Position numbers and translations under genes: made by a program. A stretch of 64,000 bases of DNA from Ignavibacteria bacterium (GTDB lineage: Bacteria > Bacteroidota > Ignavibacteria > UBA10030 > F1-140-MAGs086), in assembly GCA_016873775.1 (NCBI GenBank), contig VGWC01000001.1:10141-74140 (forward strand), written 5' to 3'. Positions 59,975 through 64,000 of this stretch are shown in pieces; position 1 is the stretch's first letter, and every line of letters starts with the position of its first letter. Under the pieces are notes generated by a model that saw nothing but the letters and a program-made list of their open reading frames with translations, did no database searches and was not told the DNA's origin.

Positions 59975-62900
59975 TTATTTCAGTAACAACAATTTTTTCA
60001 TTGCTGTTTTCTTTCCGCTTTCCAAGCGATAGATGTACACACCGCTTCCATATTTTTCGCTATTGAACTGAACGTTGTAACGATTTCCAGGCTCAGCAGT
60101 TTCGCTGAATAAAACCGCAACTTCTTCGCCAAGAATATTGAACAATTTCAGCGTTGTATATCCTTCCGATTCGACTGTAAATGTAATCGTTGTTGAAGGA
60201 TTAAACGGATTTGGATAATTTTGAGAAAGCGAGAATACTTTCGGGATATGTTCTCCTGTGATAACTCCAACTATTGGCTGTATCGCAAAATTGTTGTTAT
60301 CATCGATAAAACCTGAAGTAGAAGTAAAAATGTATGTTCCGGGTGAATCAGGATAAGTTTGAATATAATTTTGTTTTGTTTGCGAACTTAATATGAAAAT
60401 TCCAGAGCGCACTGAATGGAAAAGGAAAGTTCCCTGTTCGTTGGTAAGAACAGAATCAACTTTTTGCAAACCCTGGGAAAGATATAATTTCCAGTTTGCA
60501 ATTCCATTTTCGTTCGGGTCGCGAAATTCATTACCGTTCGAATCAGCAAATACTTCGCCGCTGACTTTTGCATATTTGAAATTGCAAAAATCTTTTTCGG
60601 TAACTGTCGAACCGCTGGTGGCTATTTCAACGGTATATCGAGGCACTGCTGGAGAAGTTTTATACCATTCGGGTTTTACCATTTCGCGAACATAATACGT
60701 TCCAGTATTCAAGTTGATGAACGAATACCATCCAGCAGAATCAGTTACTGTAGAATCCATAAATGCTCCTGAAAGATAAACACGCCATCCTTGCAATGGC
60801 ATATCTTCGGAGTTGATTATTCCATTGCCATTGAAATCATTATAGATTGTTCCGCTAATAATTGCATATTGAAAATTTCCAAAGTTCAAATTTGCCGTGT
60901 CTTGTCCATCTGATAACGAGAGAGAATATGTTCCCGGGAAAGGAGGAAATGTTTGTTTCCAGCCGGAACGTTTTATTTCTGAAACTTGATACGTTCCCGG
61001 AGGATTGTTATTGAATTGATACATTCCATTTCCATCGGTAATCGTCGAATCCGTTTTTCTTCCGGAGAGATACACTTTCCAGTTTGCGATTCCTGGTTCT
61101 CCATTATCGAAAACACCGTTGCTATTCAAGTCGTTAAATGTTTTTCCAATCAATAAACTATTTCTCGAATTGCCGAAATCTTTTCCGACAATGCTATCTC
61201 CGCTTGTGAAAAGTATAGAATGAAATCCGGAAACAGGAAATGTTTGTACCCAATCGGGTTTGAAGATTTCTTTTACGTTGTATATTCCCGGTCGTACTGT
61301 TGTGAAAGCATAGGTTCCATTCGCATTTGTTGATGTCGTTTCCGAAGTTGAACTTCCCATCAAAACTATTTTCCAATTGGAAAGTCCAACTTCATTTCCG
61401 TCATTAATTCCGTTTCCGTTGACATCATAGAATTTCATTCCGGTAACAGTACCAAGTTTGGAATTGCCAAAATTGTTTGCAACAGATTGTGTTCCGCTTG
61501 TAACGGTAATCGAATATACGTTGAAAGCAGGATACGTTTGTATCCAGTTGTTTTGTATTTCTTCGCTCACAGTATAATTTCCCGGAACAAGTGTCGAAAA
61601 CGAATACGAGCCGTCAAGAAAAGTCAACGTTGAATCAATTTTTTTCCCTGAGAGTTTTATTTTCCAATTTGCAAGCGCAGTTTCATTCGAGTCGTGTATT
61701 CCGTTTCCATTTTTGTCGTGAAATTTCATTCCGGAAATTTTTCCATATTTGAAGTTTCCGAAATTTTTTTCTTCTTCTATTTGACCGCCGGAAGAAATTG
61801 TAACGCTGTATGTTCCTTCGGGAGGATATGTTGGCGACCAGTTTGTTTTTGTAACCTGCGAAACGGTGTACGTACCTTGCTCAACGAGCATAAATTCATA
61901 CGCGCCGTTTGCAGAAGTGTACGTCGTTTCTTTTTGACTTCCGACAGAAAGCACGACTTTCCAGTTTTCTATTCCTGTATCGTTTCCGTTATACGTACTA
62001 TCTGCATTCAAATCGTCAAAAACCATTCCTCGTATAATCCCGAGTTCGTATGCTCCGAAATTTTTTCCGGAAAGATGCAAATTACTCGTCAACGTAAATG
62101 AATGATTGTTCTGCGGGAATGTTTGTTTCCAATTCGATTTCGGAATTTGAACGAGAGTGTAATTTCCTCCTCTGAGATTAGGTATCGTAAACTGTCCAAT
62201 GTTATCCGTAACTGTTGAATCAGTGGAAGCGCCGGAAATTTTCAGTTTCCAATTGGCTAAAGGAAGTTCATCGAAATCAAATTGTCCGTTTGCGTTTTCG
62301 TCATTGAAAACAAAACCGGAAACAGAACCGAGAACAAAACTTCCGAAATTCTTTTGCTCAAAAAGAGAGCCGCCGATAATCGAAACGGAATATGCAAAGG
62401 CAGGAATTGTTTGCATCGAACCTTGAGGAACTGCTTGCGTGAGGATGTATTCTCCGACGCGAAGTTTGTTAAATGTAAATTCTCCGTTTGCATTCGTGAA
62501 TGTAGAATCGTTGGCAAATCCCGAAAGTCTGATTTTTCTGTTTGCAAGAAATGGTTCTCCGATATCATACGTGCTATCGCCGTTTGTATCGGTAAATGCA
62601 AATCCGGAAACAACACCAAGTTGATATATTCCAAAATTTTTGTCGGTGAAGATTGTTCCACTGAGTATTGCAACATTGTATTCGCCGGAAGATGTAGGAA
62701 GGGTAACATACATATTTGACGGCTTTTCAATTTTTACGATGTATGTTCCAATTTTTACGTTGTTAAAAATATAGAAACCGTTTGCATTAGTAGTTACCGT
62801 ATCTGTTTTCAATGTTCCAATTAAAAAAATGTTCCAATTTGCAAAAATATTTTCGTCCAAATCGTGCGTGCTGTTCCCATTCATATCATTGAAAACTGTT

Positions 62901-64000
62901 CCCGAAACAATACCGAATTGAGAATTTCCAAAATGGCGATTAGTAACTTGAGAACCGCTTTGCACTTGAACTGAATGGAATCCGTTTTCGGGAAAAGTTC
63001 GGTACCATCCGTTTTGCAATGTTTGCGTAACAATGAATGTGCCGGATTTTAAGCCGGAAAATGTATAGTTACCGTTGTTGTCAGTAAACGTTGAATCATT
63101 TAACGAAGGACCAGAGATTTTGATTATCCAGTTTGTGTCGCCTGGTTCGCCGGGGTCTTTAAGAGAATTACCATTTTTATCTTCAAACAACGTACCGGAA
63201 ATACTTGCTTTTTGGAAGTTTCCGAAATTTCTGTTTGATGCTATTGTTCCGCTGTTGATTAAGACGGAATGACATCCGTCATTAAACGGCTGTGTTTGTG
63301 TCCAACCAGTTTGTAATACATGACAAATAGTATAATTTCCAAGAAGAAGATTGGTGAATGTATAACTTCCGTTGAAATCGGAAACTTTCGAAGCCGTATC
63401 CGTTCCGGAAATTTTTACCGTCCACCCGGATAATCCCGGTTCACCGATATCTTTTGAAGCATTACCATTTAAATCGTTGTACACAAAACCGCTGATTGTT
63501 CCAAGTTGATAATTTCCGAAATCTTTTCCTACACTGTTTGTACCACTGATAACTGAAACAATATGTGTGGTTTCAGGGGGAAACGATTGGATCCATCCGA
63601 GAAGTTGTTTTTCTGAAAGAGTGTATGTTCCTTTTGGAAGTTTTATGAATTGAAAATTGCCGTCGCCATCAGTGAGAACAGAATCTTTTTTCGTACCGTT
63701 GATATAAATTGTCCAATTGGGAATTCCGGATTCTTCAAAATCGCGTTCGCCGTTTCCATCAACGTCGTTAAATTTCGTTCCTGAAATTTTTCCGAATTGA
63801 AAATTGCCAAAATTATTTCCGCTTACTGTTGCTCCGCTCATAACAGTTACCATATAGTTGGAAAGAATCGGATACGTTTGCTCCCAAGCGGATTTGGTTT
63901 CTTCGCGGAGTGTATAGTCACCGGGATACACATTTTTAAACGTAAATACTCCAGTAGAATCGGAAAGGACGGAATCTGTTTTTGAAGTTCCTTGCAAATA
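59975..64000 (-). CDS. Second giant T9SS-secreted protein. Its N-terminus is beyond the window end. It has at least 13 SdrD-B/Cna-B-like repeats plus a T9SS CTD.
   Basis: Repeats 'G.ISG.KFND.(D/N)GNG..D' (GKISGTKFNDVDGNGERD, GTISGFVYNDLNGNASKD, …, AKVSGEVFADSNGNEFRD). C-terminal 'NYPNPFNPSTTITF…LKLFNILGEEVAVLF…GVYIYRLE…KKLLLLK'. The ORF is open to the window edge. Confidence 0.85.
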   Translation of the reverse strand, partial: YLQGTSKTDSVLSDSTGVFTFKNVYPGDYTLREETKSAWEQTYPILSNYMVTVMSGATVSGNNFGNFQFGKISGTKFNDVDGNGERDFEESGIPNWTIYINGTKKDSVLTDGDGNFQFIKLPKGTYTLSEKQLLGWIQSFPPETTHIVSVISGTNSVGKDFGNYQLGTISGFVYNDLNGNASKDIGEPGLSGWTVKISGTDTASKVSDFNGSYTFTNLLLGNYTICHVLQTGWTQTQPFNDGCHSVLINSGTIASNRNFGNFQKASISGTLFEDKNGNSLKDPGEPGDTNWIIKISGPSLNDSTFTDNNGNYTFSGLKSGTFIVTQTLQNGWYRTFPENGFHSVQVQSGSQVTNRHFGNSQFGIVSGTVFNDMNGNSTHDLDENIFANWNIFLIGTLKTDTVTTNANGFYIFNNVKIGTYIVKIEKPSNMYVTLPTSSGEYNVAILSGTIFTDKNFGIYQLGVVSGFAFTDTNGDSTYDIGEPFLANRKIRLSGFANDSTFTNANGEFTFNKLRVGEYILTQAVPQGSMQTIPAFAYSVSIIGGSLFEQKNFGSFVLGSVSGFVFNDENANGQFDFDELPLANWKLKISGASTDSTVTDNIGQFTIPNLRGGNYTLVQIPKSNWKQTFPQNNHSFTLTSNLHLSGKNFGAYELGIIRGMVFDDLNADSTYNGNDTGIENWKVVLSVGSQKETTYTSANGAYEFMLVEQGTYTVSQVTKTNWSPTYPPEGTYSVTISSGGQIEEEKNFGNFKYGKISGMKFHDKNGNGIHDSNETALANWKIKLSGKKIDSTLTFLDGSYSFSTLVPGNYTVSEEIQNNWIQTYPAFNVYSITVTSGTQSVANNFGNSKLGTVTGMKFYDVNGNGINDGNEVGLSNWKIVLMGSSTSETTSTNANGTYAFTTVRPGIYNVKEIFKPDWVQTFPVSGFHSILFTSGDSIVGKDFGNSRNSLLIGKTFNDLNSNGVFDNGEPGIANWKVYLSGRKTDSTITDGNGMYQFNNNPPGTYQVSEIKRSGWKQTFPPFPGTYSLSLSDGQDTANLNFGNFQYAIISGTIYNDFNGNGIINSEDMPLQGWRVYLSGAFMDSTVTDSAGWYSFINLNTGTYYVREMVKPEWYKTSPAVPRYTVEIATSGSTVTEKDFCNFKYAKVSGEVFADSNGNEFRDPNENGIANWKLYLSQGLQKVDSVLTNEQGTFLFHSVRSGIFILSSQTKQNYIQTYPDSPGTYIFTSTSGFIDDNNNFAIQPIVGVITGEHIPKVFSLSQNYPNPFNPSTTITFTVESEGYTTLKLFNILGEEVAVLFSETAEPGNRYNVQFNSEKYGSGVYIYRLESGKKTAMKKLLLLK

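Overview
This 64-kb window reads as an anaerobic redox and cell-surface region from a T9SS-bearing bacterium of the Fibrobacteres–Chlorobi–Bacteroidetes (FCB) group (Ignavibacteria/Bacteroidota-like). It is moderately AT-rich and has six type-A T9SS C-terminal sorting domains of the form '(N/F)(Y/F)PNPFNP…KLLLLK'. Four blocks can be read.

(i) 1–6.2 kb, plus strand: a partial putative outer-membrane β-barrel-like ORF, a 12-haem cytochrome c, a ~9-haem lipoprotein cytochrome, a lipoprotein with a PSCyt1-like cytochrome domain fused to a YVTN β-propeller, and a 5-haem lipoprotein cytochrome. Together these look like an extracytoplasmic electron-transfer conduit.

(ii) 6.3–20.6 kb: three paralogous Rrf2 (IscR/NsrR-like, Cys-cluster) regulators interleaved with hemN, a hemerythrin-like gene, a carboxymuconolactone-decarboxylase-family (AhpD-like) gene, moaA–mobA, a NapH/MauN-type polyferredoxin and a SAM methyltransferase. 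A decayed hybrid sensor-kinase pseudogene sits between two of the Rrf2 genes. On the minus strand there is a hypA-B-F-C-D hydrogenase-maturation operon. Its 5'-proximal maturation-endopeptidase gene is frameshifted and N-terminally truncated, and no hypE or hydrogenase structural genes are adjacent.

(iii) 21–46 kb: crotonase and EthD-like genes; an operon-like run consisting of a secreted protein, a 1132-aa membrane-anchored Gln/Lys/Glu-rich coiled-coil protein and a 2832-aa T9SS giant adhesin with 12 tandem SdrD-B/Cna-B-like repeats; then secD–secF followed by two coiled-coil proteins and an orphan histidine kinase; carbamate kinase, ornithine carbamoyltransferase, a DapA/HOGA-family aldolase-like gene and proline dehydrogenase.

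(iv) 46–64 kb: a T9SS cargo island (FG-GAP protein, BNR/sialidase-like, M28 peptidase, M14 carboxypeptidase) in which two unrelated cargo genes share a 166-bp identical CTD segment; a YidE/YbjL-type transporter; a patatin–POTRA–Omp85 (PlpD-like) protein; an SPFH protein; and a second, partial giant T9SS adhesin.

No rRNA, tRNA, CRISPR array or transposase was recognised.
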